A stretch of 35,614 bases of DNA from Octopus sinensis (GCF_006345805.1 NW_021826236.1:1-35614); one strand, 5' to 3'; shown: positions 1 through 12,662, numbered from the stretch's first letter. A program made the numbers and translations. Notes: generated from the sequence alone by a model not told the origin.

Positions 1-324
1 TATATATATATATATATATATATATTATTGGTGAATGAAGAAAGGATGAGCTGAACGCAGAAGATGTTGACAGAAATCGTTTTATTTCATTCTACACGTG
101 TTTCGAAAGGCCACAAATTACCAAAATCCGATTGAATAATGGGACCATATTGTGTCTTTCTCTTCAGGAAGAAAATAGGAAATCCGTTGGAAAAACAAAA
201 CAGAACAGAGCGGAGCAAAAAAAACAAATCGAACTATGCTCCTAAGAGCCCATGGCGAAACTGTTAAACTTTTGATTAATCTACTACAGATATTCATCTT
301 TCTATTTCACATAATATAATATTA

Positions 325-400
<76 letters not shown>

Positions 401-430
401 TATATATATATTTGTTAATATAATATATAT
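1..430. repeat. (TA)n tracts (1-25, ~320-430) flanking a ~280 bp hammerhead-bearing module
   Basis: Direct reading. Confidence 0.85.
84..176 (-). ncRNA. Minimal type I hammerhead ribozyme (Penelope/retrozyme type)
   Basis: Minus strand: ATTTTCTTC-CTGAAGA-GAAAG...CTTTC-GAAA-C-ACGT-G-TA-GAATGAAAT. Core, stem II, palindromic stem III (ACACGTGT), GUA site and stem I (8/9 pairs) are all present. Confidence 0.8.
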
Positions 431-1013
431 AATATTACATGCATAAATATGCACACACAGACATACACAAAATACAAACACATACACAATGGAGACGCTG
501 TGTCGGCTATTGGAAGTAGACCAATGTTTATTCAGTTGTGATTTGGTCTTCGTCATTATGACGAACATGCTATCGGAACATAATTTACATTGCTTTCAAA
601 ATGTCTCCTGCTAAGAGAAATATCAGTAGGAATATTTCATATATTTGTATATGTTATTGCTTATTTAAAACAGCACAATCAGATATTACCAGTATTTCCT
701 GGTGGTTATTTTGTCTTTCGAGTTTCTGTGTTCGTATAAACGGACTGACAAACCTTCACTCCTAAAACATTATGTAGAATAAATTAATACCAAGGGTATA
801 CTCTTAAAGTGATTGGTGATGTGGGGTTTGTATTTGTAGAATTATCAGAGCATTGGACAAAACGGTTTGTTGTATTGAGATGCAGCCTTTGTACGATTCT
901 GATATTAGTAAAATAAATACAAGTCTAGCATTCTGGGATTGATATAATTGATTGTTTATCACATCTAAAATGAAAAAAAAATCAATAAAACTTTTTCACT
1001 ATTAATGGATACC

Positions 1014-1245
1014 TATTTCTTTACTACCCACAAGAGGCTAAACACAGAGGGGACAAACAAGGACAGACACACAGATTAAGTCGACTACATCGACCCCAGT
1101 GCGTAACTGGTACTTATTTAATCGACCCCGAAAGGATGAAAGGCAAAGTCGACCTCGGCGGAATTTGAACTCACAACGTAACGGCAGACGAAATACGGCT
1201 ACGCATTTCGCCCGGCGTGCTAAACGTTTCTGCCAGCTCGCCGCC
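1014..1245 (-). mobile_element. tRNA-derived SINE family A, full length, with 20-bp TSD
   Basis: B-box-like GAGTTCAAATTCC, central CCTTTCATCCTTTCGGGGTCGAT motif; TTTCACTATTAATGGATACC duplicated at 994-1013 and 1249-1268. Confidence 0.9.
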
Positions 1246-1306
1246 TTATTTCACTATTAATGGATACCGCTGATAGCCGAATTATTTGGCAATTTATTCA
1301 ATTGAT

Positions 1307-1719
1307 CCGCAATGAGTGGCTGTTTGGTAAGTAGCTTGCTAACCAACCACATGGTTCCGGGTTCAGTCCCACTGCGTGGCATCTTGGGCAAGTGTCTTCT
1401 GCTATAGCCCCGGGCCGACAATGCCTTGTGAGTGGATTTGGTAGACGGAAACTGAAAGAAGCCTTGTCGTATATATGTTATATATATATAAGTGTGTGTG
1501 AATATGTTTGTGTGTCTGTGTTGTTCCCCTAGCATTGCTTGACAACCGACTGCGTGGTGTGTTTACGTCCCCGTCACTTAGCGGTTCGGCAAAAGAGACC
1601 GATAGAATAAGTACTGGGCTTACAAAGAATAAGTCCCGGCGTCGATTTGCTCGACTAAAGGCGGTGCTATAGCATGGCCGCAGTCAAATGACTGAAACAA
1701 GTAAAAAGAGTAAAAAGAG
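1307..1719 (+). mobile_element. tRNA-derived SINE family B (CORE-like), full length
   Basis: tRNA-like head (TGGTAAG...GGTTCAGTCCC), CORE-like TTGGGCAAGT, internal TA/GT tract, GTAAAAAGAG tail; about 10 copies in the window. Confidence 0.85.
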
Positions 1720-2108
1720 AGAATGATTAAGTAGCGGTAACGGTCATTGACACAGACAAATTTTATGGCGGTCAGTGATGGTCAGTGTCAACAAACAGTG
1801 AATATAAACAGAGGAATAAATTACTTGTTGTTTGTAAAGAGACGTTTAAAACAATACCATTCATCAGAGAAAAATCCGAAATATTAGACTTTTCTTCAAC
1901 AGTAACAGATATATTCGTACTTTTGAGCGAATTATATTCATTTTTTTTTCTTTATGAAATGTGTGTCATATTGCAAGGCAAAGAAAAAGATGATTTTGTC
2001 TTAAAGATACCACTTGGAAGACGTTCCAGAGAGTAGAGAAGTGCGCAAATAATTTGCTGTGATCTATTCCAATCCAATCAAAGCTCAGTTAGTAATATTA
2101 ATAATAAT

Positions 2109-2475
2109 TGTTTCAAATTTTGACACAAGGTCATCAGTTTTTGGAGTGGGGAAAGGTTAATTCGATTACATTGACTCCAATGCTCAAATGATATTTATTT
2201 TATCGAGTCCAAAAGGATGGAGGGCAAAGTCGACCTCGGCGGAATTTGAACTCAGAGCGTAAACAGCAAAAAAAAAAAAAGAAAAGATGTCGGTGAGCAT
2301 TTTGTTCGACGTGCCAACGATTCTTCCGGTTTACCGCTTTAATAATAATTCTTTCTACTATAAGCAAAAAGCTTGAAATTTTTTGAGAGGAAGCTAGTTG
2401 ATTATAGCGACCCCAGTAATCGTTTGACGACTTATTTTATTGACCCTGAAAGCATGAAAGGCACAGTCACCGAGC
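2109..2475 (-). mobile_element. Two degraded SINE A copies (2109-2340, 2345-2475)
   Basis: Similarity to 1014-1245, including GTCGACCTCGGCGGAATTTGAACTCAG. Confidence 0.75.
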
Positions 2476-3390
2476 CTGACTTTGTCTTTATACTTTGTCT
2501 TTATACTCTGTGAATGCTAGAAATTATTTCAATGAAGTAATGCGATCGGTTTTTTCGTGATTGGTTTATCGGGGAATGTAACAATATACCCACGATAATC
2601 CTTCGCTTTACAGTTTCGGTTACTTATTGTACCATCTGATTCATAAATAGAACATTGGGTCCTAGGTAAGGAAGTAAGGAACATATTTCAGATAGATAAA
2701 GTGATGGTAATGGTAGTGATGATGATGATGATATTTAGCCTCTGGACAATTCTGGCTAAGCAGACCCGTGATCGAAGCATTTCAGCCGTGGCCATTTCAT
2801 ATTATATGATGCATCCCTTTACTTAATGTAGTTCGATGTGATCTGAGCGATCTGAGGGGGTCGAATGATCACACGGAGACTTCCAGATATACCTCGTATA
2901 TGTCGTACATGTTAAAAAATATACTTTATATATATATATTATATATATATATATATGTATACACGCAAACATATACATATACATATGTCATAAAATATAT
3001 CGTGTATATTATGTTCGTAAGATATGTTAAGTTATATAACTAACCAAGACTTTATATAACTTCTCCGATCAAATTAAGATGATAACGAAAGTCCAATTTT
3101 AATGTTTCACATACATTGTCGCTTTTAGTTTTCATTTTATATACCAACAACTCAAATACTGAAGTAGAATTAACCAACTGTGAACTCACCTGTCATTGTA
3201 ACTATTTTATTATTGCTTAGTATGAAAACGAAGAGGAGTTATCCGTGGTTCTTTTTTTAGTGGCTCTTGAGATTGATCGGAGAAAGACAGCCTTAAATCG
3301 GAAATTTTCTCCCGATAGTTTCAATACGCTGCTAAAAGCATTGAGCCAAATGGCAGTGTATACTAGAAATCACGATTATGGTTATGGTTA

Positions 3391-3610
3391 TCCTCCTCCT
3401 CCTCCTCCTCCTCCCCTCCTCCTCCTCCTCCTCCCATCTTCCTCCTCCTCCTCATCTTCACCCCTCCTCCCCTCCTCCTCCTCCTAATCTTCACCCCTCC
3501 CCCCTATTCACCCCCCATTCAACTCCCCCTCCCCTCCACTTCCCCTCTTCTCCCTAACTTCCCCTCTTCCTCCTCTTCCTCTTCATCCCCCCTCTTCTTC
3601 CTCTTCACCA
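3391..3610. repeat. (CCT)n / C-rich low-complexity tract
   Basis: Direct reading. Confidence 0.9.
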
Positions 3611-3612
3611 GC

Positions 3613-3747
3613 GCGATTCAAGCACTGCAACTATTGATGGAAATGTGTGGAAAGTAAGAGAAACTTTGTTAACAAAATGAATTTCATTTGGTCTCATTCC
3701 ATGAGAGTGTCTTGCTTGGCCTATGAGCATTTCAGCCGACCCTCATA
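3613..3747 (+). mobile_element. Mariner 3' end remnant
   Basis: Paralogous to 7180-7284; ends in TTCAGCCGACCCTCATA, a TIR-like end plus TA. Confidence 0.7.
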
Positions 3748-4363
3748 ATAATATAAATTCTCATTTTAACTGCATTTGTTTTAATGTTAACATTGAAAAA
3801 ATCCACATTTTTTACATTAAAAAATTGGACCTGGGTTTGCACACTCTAAGCAAATTTTATTCCCAGGTCACTGTATGTACGTATTTAAGAAAACATGTAT
3901 GAGTGAAATTATCTTGAAAATCATGTATTTATGCATGGTTAATGTATAGACCCACCGTTTACAAGTCTCCATCATTAGTTTATACATACATATACACATA
4001 CATAAGAAAGTAGGATGTATTTTCTGCGAGATTTATAAAAGCACGTCTTTAACATAGCTAGGACCACATCCCAATGACTCTCCTTTCTGCACAAGCCAAG
4101 AAGATACTCCACCCACCAACAATTATCATTGCTCTACAACGCAGTGCCCAGAATACTTTTGCACCACAGAGTGATTTCATGCAAGATAATTTTTCCACAC
4201 ACCGTGGGATCTTATGCATAAAAAAACGCAATATAGGTTATGAGAGGTAATGGTGTCAATAAGACCCAAATGTGTCAGGTAATGCTGAGTAAGTGCTATG
4301 GAGAGACCATAGTTTACATTTATAAAACGTCATTTATAACACGTCAATCTGCAGACTGCTATG

Positions 4364-4706
4364 TTCTTTTAATTGTTTCAGTCATGCAACTGTGGCCATA
4401 CTGGAGCATCACCTTTTAGTTGAACAAATGAAACTAAGACTTTTCTTAAGCCTGGTACTTATTCTATCGGTCTCTTTACCTAAGTTACATGGACATAAAC
4501 ACACCAACACCGGTTGTCAAACGATGGTTGTGGGACAAACACAGACACAAAGACACACACACATACATACACATATATAGGACGGCCCTCTTTCAGTTTC
4601 TGTCTGACAAATCTACTTACAAGACACTCTCCCAAGCTGTCACGCAGTGGGACTCAATCCAGACCTATGTGGTTGGGAAGCAACTTCTTACCACGCAGTC
4701 ACGCCT
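4364..4706 (-). mobile_element. SINE family B
   Basis: Reverse complement of 1307-1719. Confidence 0.85.
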
Positions 4707-4789
4707 CTGTTAATAACTTAGAAATAAGGTTTAAAATTTTATTCATTTTGTACACCTTTGCAATCTAAGTTCAATTTCTCCCGAGGTCA

Positions 4790-4900
4790 ACGGTTCGTTT
4801 GATCCTTTTGTTGCTGTTGAAATAAGTGCCGGTCAAGCTTTTGCGGTCAATATAGTCAACTACTCACTCCACTAAATTTCAAGCCTTGTTCCTATAGAAT
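4790..4900 (+). mobile_element. Degraded SINE A 3' half
   Basis: CCGAGGTCAAC...GATCCTTT...AAATTTCAAGCCTTG. Confidence 0.55.
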
Positions 4901-6861
4901 AAAGAAATATTTCATATACGATTTTTATTTCCCAATCTTTACTATCGTATCCCCTTAGAGCTTCACAATTGTTTACAATGAAATATTCTGTATGATTATA
5001 TCAAGAATGAAGTATCGTCTCTGGTTGGAACCTCCAGGTTTCCTGTCCTGAAATTGCCTGGCTAAGAGTTCATACGGTCTCAGGAACAATACCGGACACC
5101 TTGTAACTATGTTATGGTACCAACCAGCATGTTACAGAGGGTGTTTAAGAACTCAAAGGTGCATAAAACGGCAGACCCTCACGATTGTGTCCTCGACATT
5201 GTTTCCTGATAACTTCCAGAAAAATGGTAATATTTTTAATGAAATTTTCCACAAATACCTCTCAGATGGTGTAGATTACAATTATATCGGAATTCAATGT
5301 GAAAAAAAAAAGAAAAAGAAAGAATTCACGTACGTGTACACGTATATACTGACACACATAACATATTCACATAAGGAAATTTGAATTTTTGAAAAAAATT
5401 GTGATGTGTGTCAGTATATATGTGTGTGTGTGTGTGCGCGACTTCTATATTTTTACATTAAATTCTAATATCGTCGTAACGTACGCTATCTGAGAGTTAT
5501 TTGTTGAGTATCTCCTAAAAAGATATCAATTCTTTTCTGACAGCTATGAGGAAACAATTATGTGGAGGGCACACTTGTGAGGGTCTGCTCAAAATATCCC
5601 CACAGACACCAAAAACAAGGTGAAGATGACTCTGACTTCAATTTAGTCTTCAGGTGTCCGGGTGTCCGGTGTCCGGGTGCGTCCCCCGGCGCACATATTC
5701 CCTGGCCTCTAACCACCGTGAAAGGTTGAAAGAGACTGAAAACTAGTTGAAACGAAGGCCTTGAAAACGTTTCCGATACTATGACGTCGTAATGAAGAAA
5801 TATAGAAATCTCTGGACTAGACGAGAAATTCTTGAATAAATTTCACACATAGTGGTGATACTTCACTGTCGCTGATATGCTGAATGCCACAACAGAAAAA
5901 AGAACCCAGACTGTTTGATCCAGTATATAAGATATCCTTGCGAGACTATCTTAGATTATAAGAAGGAGTCGCGCGGTCCCTCTTATATCACAAGGTTATT
6001 TTATAATATAAGAATCTGCGCGCTCAAAAGCTGCGCCTTCTGGTGTCTCACACAAAACATACACTGTGGCAAGAGAAAGTCTTAAATCATTCTGTTCGTA
6101 TCAGAGTGCAAGAGATTGTCAAAGTTGTTGGAGATTCCTACGGAGCGCATAGTACCTTATAGCTTGTTGCGTGTAGATGTTTGGCGTGCGCCATCTCTTG
6201 TAACCATGATGGAGGGTATGTTTTCTTTCTTATTTTCTATATGTGCTACTTGGTGCTCCGTGGTTGGTGGCTGTAGAGATTAAGGTTACTTGTTTCTCTA
6301 TGTCGCATATAAAGGTGCTATGTTTATTATTTGTCTGTCTAGACTTAGCTGCCAATTAGCGCATTTTGCCTGTTTTCAACAAGTTCTCGCATTATCATAC
6401 TCGTTCGTGCCGATTAGATGTTTTACGTTGTCGAATCAGAATGCTTGCCAGACCAGAAAATATGTAGTCTGTTCTGAGCCAAAAGATGGCTATAAATACA
6501 GAATTTCTTTTGAGATAGCCAGAGAAGAGAGAATTGTCACCAGAGTTATTTGATGCCATGCTTTGTGTTTATCCCGCCCACATCACCATGTACAAGCTGC
6601 ACGAGGAACCAATGTATTTTTGTTAACAGAATTATTGGTATCATTTGAACACAAACACTATTATATTCTTTCTTTTATGTTAGTGTTTGTCACGTAGTTT
6701 CCTACATTTTGAAATACTTGCAATTTGTATTTTTACTGCTTATATTTGCTTCACTTGATATATTTCCGAAATTAAGCATTTTAATATACAAAATATACTT
6801 CACATTATTACATATATTATACGTTAATGCTAAAAATATTGTTTATTGATTATCTTCAAAA

Positions 6862-7282
6862 TGATCACACCATCAATGGAAAGTTCAATGCTAACTTGCC
6901 AAGGCAATTACGAAAGTCTATCAAGACCAAGCGCCCAGAAAACTGATGGAGTCGTGTTTCATTAGGACAATGCTTCAGTACATAAATCCTTGGTTTCAAT
7001 GGCTGCTGTGCGTGACTGGTTTTGAACTGTTTGATCACTTTACCTATATTAGTGATTTGGTTCCATCTGATTATCATAATTTTCCCAACATTAAAAAAAA
7101 AACATTCGGTTGGGCATCAGTATTGTTGTGATCATGACCTCTTATCTGCTGTTGACTATTTTGACCAACAAGATAGCGATCCAAGCACTGCAACTACTGA
7201 TGGATGAGTGTGGACAGTAAGAGGAACTATGTTAAATAATTGTCACACTCAAGGAGAGTATGAAAATTTCAGCCGACCCTCG
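6862..7282 (+). mobile_element. Mariner transposase pseudogene (C-terminal catalytic part) plus 3' TIR
   Basis: Frameshifted TING..., H*DNASVHKS, GFELFDH..YISDLVPSDYH.FP (YSPDLAPSD motif); ends CAGCCGACCCTCG-TA. Confidence 0.9.
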
Positions 7283-7547
7283 TAATGATAAAAATTATTA
7301 TTATATCTGCATTTGTTTTCATGTTAACATTGAAAAAAATCCACTTTTTTCGTAAAAGATTTGGACCTGGGTTTGCGTTACCTAAGCCAATTTGTTCCCG
7401 AGTCACTGGTAGTACTGCAACGCTTCAAGGTAATTCTTCCTCGTTGTTAACGCAGGCAATGTCTTCTTCCTTTTTTTTTTTGCAGCGATGTCATCATTAT
7501 AATTATTCCACAACATGTAGTAAGTAGTATGTTGTATCTCATTTATG

Positions 7548-7760
7548 CGGTAAGCTGGCAGAATCGTTAGCACGCTGAGCGAAATGTTAGGCGGTATTTC
7601 GCCCCCCTGCACGTTCTGAATTCAAATTCGGCTGAGGTCGGCTTTGCCTTTCATCGTTTCAGAAGTCGATAAAATAAGAACCAGTTTAGCACTGTAGTCG
7701 ATGTAATTCACTTAACCTTCCTCCAAAAATCGATTCTCTTGTACCACAGTTTGAAACCAA
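7548..7760 (+). mobile_element. SINE family A
   Basis: GGTAAGCTGGCAGAATCGTTAGC head and central motif. Confidence 0.85.
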
Positions 7761-8309
7761 TATATTGTATATCATTGTATCGTTGGAAAACCACTGAAGA
7801 TTGCAACTTCGTTTATTCCAGTGTGTTTTAACCATTCTTTTTGTAGCGCTCACCTCCTTGTTATGCCTAGCGTCTACTTAAGTGGTGAGTGAGGTGTCAT
7901 GATTAAACCAATTCAACATGGATAATAATTTATAAATTTTACTCTGAAAATGGATTGTATATGCTTTTAACAGTGAAATAATAAATTAATAAAGACAAAA
8001 GCTGTAAATTTACTTTATAAATTGCATGTTAATGACTTCCTCGTACCTGATGAGCTCTCATTTTATTTTAATAACTATTACTAGTTTTATCATGCATAAT
8101 ATAATTACTTTTAAAGGAGATATTTAATGTGTTAATTATGTTACCTCATCGCCTCCTCATTACTCCCTAAAGCTTAACGGTACCACCCACGTTGAAATCC
8201 TCTGATTTGGTCCATGAAAGAATAATAATTTGGAATTGCTATTGTAGTTGTTGATGTTTGTCTCAGTACAGTCTTATATCAAAGACATTCCTTTAACATA
8301 CTGATTTTG

Positions 8310-8490
8310 GATTTTGGAGCGCGGCCAGCAGTTTTCAGGGGAGGAAGCTAGTCGATATTATTGACTCCAGTACTTGGCTGGTACTTTATTTTATCGACCT
8401 TGAAAGGGCGAAAGGTAAAGTTGGCCTCATAGTCATTCAGAACGTAAAGAGCCGGAAGAAACTTGAACGATTCTGCCAGCTCGCTGTCTT
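8310..8490 (-). mobile_element. Degraded SINE family A
   Basis: Similarity to other copies. Confidence 0.7.
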
Positions 8491-9345
8491 AGTCGACTCT
8501 AACATATTAAACTTTAAAAACAAGATCTTAAACTCTTATTGAGAGTTTGTTGAATGTCATTAAATTCGGTTGCCGTGAAGGATTGAGACACCCGCCAAAA
8601 AGAAAAACAAAAAACAAAGAAAGAAAGAAAGAAAGAAAAAAAAACTGACGTTTCGGGTCACAGGCACTTCGAAGAAATATCATTGGATTCCGGATTTTAG
8701 TATAGCTTTCATGATGGTCCATCCAACTTCAGTAAAGAAATAAAGAATAATAAGTAAAATATCGATAACATAACTTGAATTTTACATCATAAAACTAAAA
8801 GAGTCATTAATTAAAATAGCAATTTTTGTATCATACTGAACACAAGTGCATCCTGGCAAGCAGAATTATATGCGGTATTCGTTCGGAGATAATATCACTT
8901 TTGGACTTCGTGCGTTAAATGATGCAAAATATACCAACCGCAGATGAAAATTGTCCAGTAGCAGACATGCTAGATGGAAATTCTAGATGCGGATTTCTGC
9001 CTTCTGGGGATTTGTCATTAGCATGTGTCCATTGGCAGCTGTATGCTAAGACAAAATTTGTCGTTACTGATATAAGAAAATAATGACTGAAAATTCATTA
9101 TCATTCAATGTCAACGTCATCATTTGCTATGTGTTCTGTCGTTAGTATCTACGTACAGGTTAGAGAACTAAGTCATCGAGTACTTTCGAGAGATAATGAA
9201 CAATAGCTTTAATGAAGAATCGAACTGTTCAGGAAGAAAGTATATACACTGTTAGTTTATCCTGATGTGTCACAGCAAACAACAATTTGGTTCTTGAAAA
9301 AACCAAATTGGCAACTTTCAGAAATAAGTAAATTAGCATGTTCTT

Positions 9346-9780
9346 AGGTGGTGAGCTGGCAGAAACATTAGCACGTCGGGCGAAATGCTTAGCGGTATTT
9401 CGTCTGCCGTTACGTTCTGAGTTCAAATTCCGCCGAGGTCGACTTTGCATTTCATCCTTTCGGGGTCGATTAAATAAGTACCAGTTACGCACTGGGGTCG
9501 ATATAATCGACTTAATCCGTTTGTCTGTCCTTGTTTGTCCCCTCTGTGAGTATTCCCTTGTGGGCAGTAATGAAATAAGAATCGTTAGCGCGCCGGGCAA
9601 AATGCTTAGCAGCATTTCGTCTGTCTCTATGTTCTGAGTTCAAATTCCGCCGAAGTTTGACTTTGACAGTCATCCTTTCGGGGTAGATAAAATAAGTATC
9701 AGTTGAACAGTAGAGTCAATGTAATCGACTTACTCCCACCCTCGAACTTACTGACCGTGTGCCAACATTTGAAATCAATA
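9346..9780 (+). mobile_element. Head-to-tail tandem of two SINE A copies (9346-9576, 9577-9780) with different 3' tails
   Basis: Two successive heads and central motifs. Confidence 0.85.
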
Positions 9781-10467
9781 TATCAGTTTGTCGTATGGTG
9801 AGTCACACAAAGCAAGAAGCTTTCAAGTTGCTTGTCAATGGTGTATTACATATTCTGAAAGATATTGGCTTAGTATTTACAGTACGATCTATAATGTATC
9901 TTCTGAAAAGTACCTTCTAGAAAGTACATTCGAAATAGTATAGTCTAAAGAGTTACTACAAATTTTATTACATTTTCTAAACAACCAGCCCTAAAGAATT
10001 ACTTGAATTACTGAATAATATTGCCTGAACAATCAGCTTTGAAAAGCTTATTGTCGTTGGAATGAAAACAACAAATAATCAACGTCATCTTTGGCAAAAT
10101 CTCATTTGATTAACTGTCTGTGTGATCAGAAATCATTTTGATGTTAATTAACAAGGGACTTCAAGGAGGCTTTGAACACACATAGACATACGTGCGCGCG
10201 CATACGCACACACACACATGCGCGCGCACACACACATACACACAAAACCCTTCTCATCATAAATTCAACGACAGCGATATCGATAACAAAATAAAAGATC
10301 AACAATACGATATATATCTAACATTAACACATGGCTGCTCACTAGGCGACATATTAGCTTGCTCGGCTCTAAGAATGAACTTTCCGTTATTCTTATCGAT
10401 CTCGGAAGAATGTAAAGTCAATCTCAGAGGTATTTGGTCGAAGAAAGAAAGTGGGATGACGAAATAT

Positions 10468-10582
10468 CATTCTTCTTCTTCTTCTTCTTCTTCTTCTTCT
10501 TCTTCTTCTTCTTCTTCTTCTTCTTCTTCTTCTTCTCTCTCCTCCTCCTCCTCCTCTCCTCCTCCTCCTTCTTCTTCTTCTT
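10468..10582. repeat. (TTC)n/(CCT)n microsatellite
   Basis: Direct reading. Confidence 0.95.
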
Positions 10583-10584
10583 GC

Positions 10585-10752
10585 GGTGGGCTAGTAGAAT
10601 CGTTAACACGACAGACATAGATAATTAGCGGTCAACTTTGCCCTTCATTCTCTCGGGGGATCGATAAATAAGTAGCAGTCAAGCTCTAGGGTCGATGTAA
10701 TTGACTTAACCCCTCCCTCGAAATTGCTGGCCTTATGCCAATATTTGAAACC
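10585..10752 (+). mobile_element. Internally deleted SINE A
   Basis: GGTGGGCTAGTAGAATCGTTA head; CCCTTCATTCTCTCGGGGGATCGATAAATAAG. Confidence 0.75.
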
Positions 10753-10773
10753 ATTATTAATATTATTATTATT

Positions 10774-11299
10774 GAGTGAGAGAGCAGTGCATGCCATCAA
10801 AGTGACACTTGGGAAAAATATACGAAGCCCAGTATACCCATCATGACTACCCGTCTGATAAGGGTACACTAGGCACATGCATCACAACCATATGTCATAT
10901 CAAGATAAACAGCGCACGGCCTTGCAGTTGGGGCCCAGTTAAAATTTTCTTCTGGTCGAGTAGCCCATCCCGCTCAAAAAAATCCCTGAATAAGGGTTGT
11001 TTAAGGATGTTGAACGAAACACCCATGTTTCCAGGGTTGAATTATTCAAACCCTAACGAATCCCTCTCAACATATGGCTATGATGCTCTCCCACTACTTC
11101 TGTTCGTGATCAGAGATGCACATATCGTCCTGGTCAACTGGTTATGGTCAAACAATTGACAAGCAAATCTGTGGTATTGAGCAGAATATTTGCTGTAGCC
11201 CATCTTTTATACCAAGACAAAACAATGTACATGATAACACTTCCAATCAGTTAAGATAAGAAGCCACGAGAGCCACTGCCTGGTACCGCATCAGGGCAT
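10774..11299. mobile_element. ~525-bp non-coding interspersed element between TTA/TAA tracts (probable non-autonomous retroelement)
   Basis: Sharp boundaries against microsatellites, higher GC, no credible ORF. Recalled as an abundant octopus repeat (not verified). Confidence 0.55.
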
Positions 11300-11314
11300 A
11301 ATAGTAATAATAAT

Positions 11315-11371
<57 letters not shown>

Positions 11372-11372
11372 T

Positions 11373-11847
11373 TTATTGTCTTTGCACAGCTTTTAACACT
11401 GGAGATGTACTACGGTGCCAGCTTTCTTTCTCAATTAACACTATGTCTGGTTTCCTATTCTCTATCTCATGGTTGCACTGAATCATAAAATCCCATAAAC
11501 TTTTTGCATTATCATTTTCGATGATGGCTTCGGGTTTATGTTCGTACCACCTTTTTGCTTTGTCGAGTCCATACTTGTTGGAAAGTGTCCAATGGACAAA
11601 CCTTGCTATGTTGTTATGACGTCTCATATTCTTTCTGGGCTAGTGGCGTACATTGACTGGTTATATGCCATACGGTTTCACCATTTTGTCCACAAATTCT
11701 ACACTTACCACTTTCTGAACTTTCTGATGTGTTGTCTATTCTGTATTTGATGCAATTGGTTCTTAATGCTTGCTCTTGGGTAGCACAGGTTAGAACCCCC
11801 GTTTCCGGTTTTAAACCACTTTTAGTCATCCATAGCCATCTTTTTTC

Positions 11848-11850
<3 letters not shown>
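11373..11850 (-). mobile_element. R4/Dong-like REL non-LTR retrotransposon fragment
   Basis: GLKPETG..CATQEQALRT, CCHC knuckle CRICGQNGETVWHITSQC, RHNNIARFVHW, LWDF, KPDIVLIEK; frameshifted; (AAT)n at the 5' junction. Confidence 0.9.
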
Positions 11851-11905
<55 letters not shown>

Positions 11906-11906
<1 letters not shown>

Positions 11907-12237
11907 GACATTGCTGAGTTGTAATACTCGGCATCCAAATCGAATGTCGGTTCATCCGTTGAGAGTCTAGATATTCTATTAGTCTCGTTTCTTGGGATGC
12001 ACCTCAGTATATGTTCCGGGTGATTGAATCTTCGGCTCACATATTTCAAGTTCTCATTTGGCTTATGGAATGGTTCGAATTTCCTATCAATGAGGCTAAG
12101 TTTTACGTCTAGGAATTTTACCACTTTGTAATTTTTTTTCATTTCAATTTCTTATCCAAAGATCTTAAAAGATTCAAAGAGTTTTTTCTTGTACCTTTCT
12201 ATTTCTACTTTACTATATTTGTGTATAGTGAACAGTA
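11906..12237 (-). mobile_element. Penelope-like element, RT C-terminal/thumb fragment
   Basis: KFLDVKLSL...FEPFHKPNENLKYV...NHPEHILRCIP...RISRLSTDE..F.....YYNSA matches the PLE RT pattern FLDV...Y.KP.....Y....SNHP. Confidence 0.85.
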
Positions 12238-12662
12238 TATAAATTATTAAGGTGGATATTTGCAATTTACAACCGAAAGCAACAAGTATAGTCGTCACTA
12301 AAGTGACGGAGGCTGCTAGTCAGCACCAGCATTGCTAGAAATAAGAGTCAAAACAACTCTTAGCCACTTCAGAGCACTTTTCTAACGATTGACAAGGGAG
12401 ACAAACTCTCTACGATGAGCGAGATGGAGTCATATCAACGCTGGTTTCAGATTTGATTAATCTTAATCAGTGATCCATTACTCCGTCGCCGAGGGTTAAA
12501 AGCTCGGACTGATTCCGAAAATGGTGAAGTGAGAATTATAAATTATTAAGGTGTCTGTTTGCAATTTACAACCGAAAGGCAACAAGTATAGTCGTCACTA
12601 AGTGACGGAGGGTGCTAATCAGCACCAGCAAAACCTCTTAGCCACGCGAGAGCACTTTTCTA
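12238..12662. repeat. Direct repeat pair (12238-12384, 12537-12662) with internal hairpins
   Basis: Both copies carry TATAAATTATTAAGGTG...CGTCACTAAGTGACG...GAGCACTTTTCTA. Confidence 0.85.

Noticed and set aside
8040-8065. CTGATGAGCTCTC
   Set aside because: No GAAA or closing stem II follows.
8625-8735. Minus-strand CTGAAG...CCCGAAACGTCAG hammerhead-like relic
   Set aside because: The core reads CTGAAGT, and stems I and II do not pair.
8920-9080. ~55-codon plus ORF and a possible minus-strand exon
   Set aside because: No recognisable domain and weak splice sites.
9229-9637. ORFs 9229-9615, 9338-9637, 20392-20778, 23564-23863, 1257-1535
   Set aside because: They run through SINE sequence.
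11240-11299. Possible HDV-like ribozyme (GGCTCTCGTGGC) at the element end
   Set aside because: P1 and P2 could not be built.
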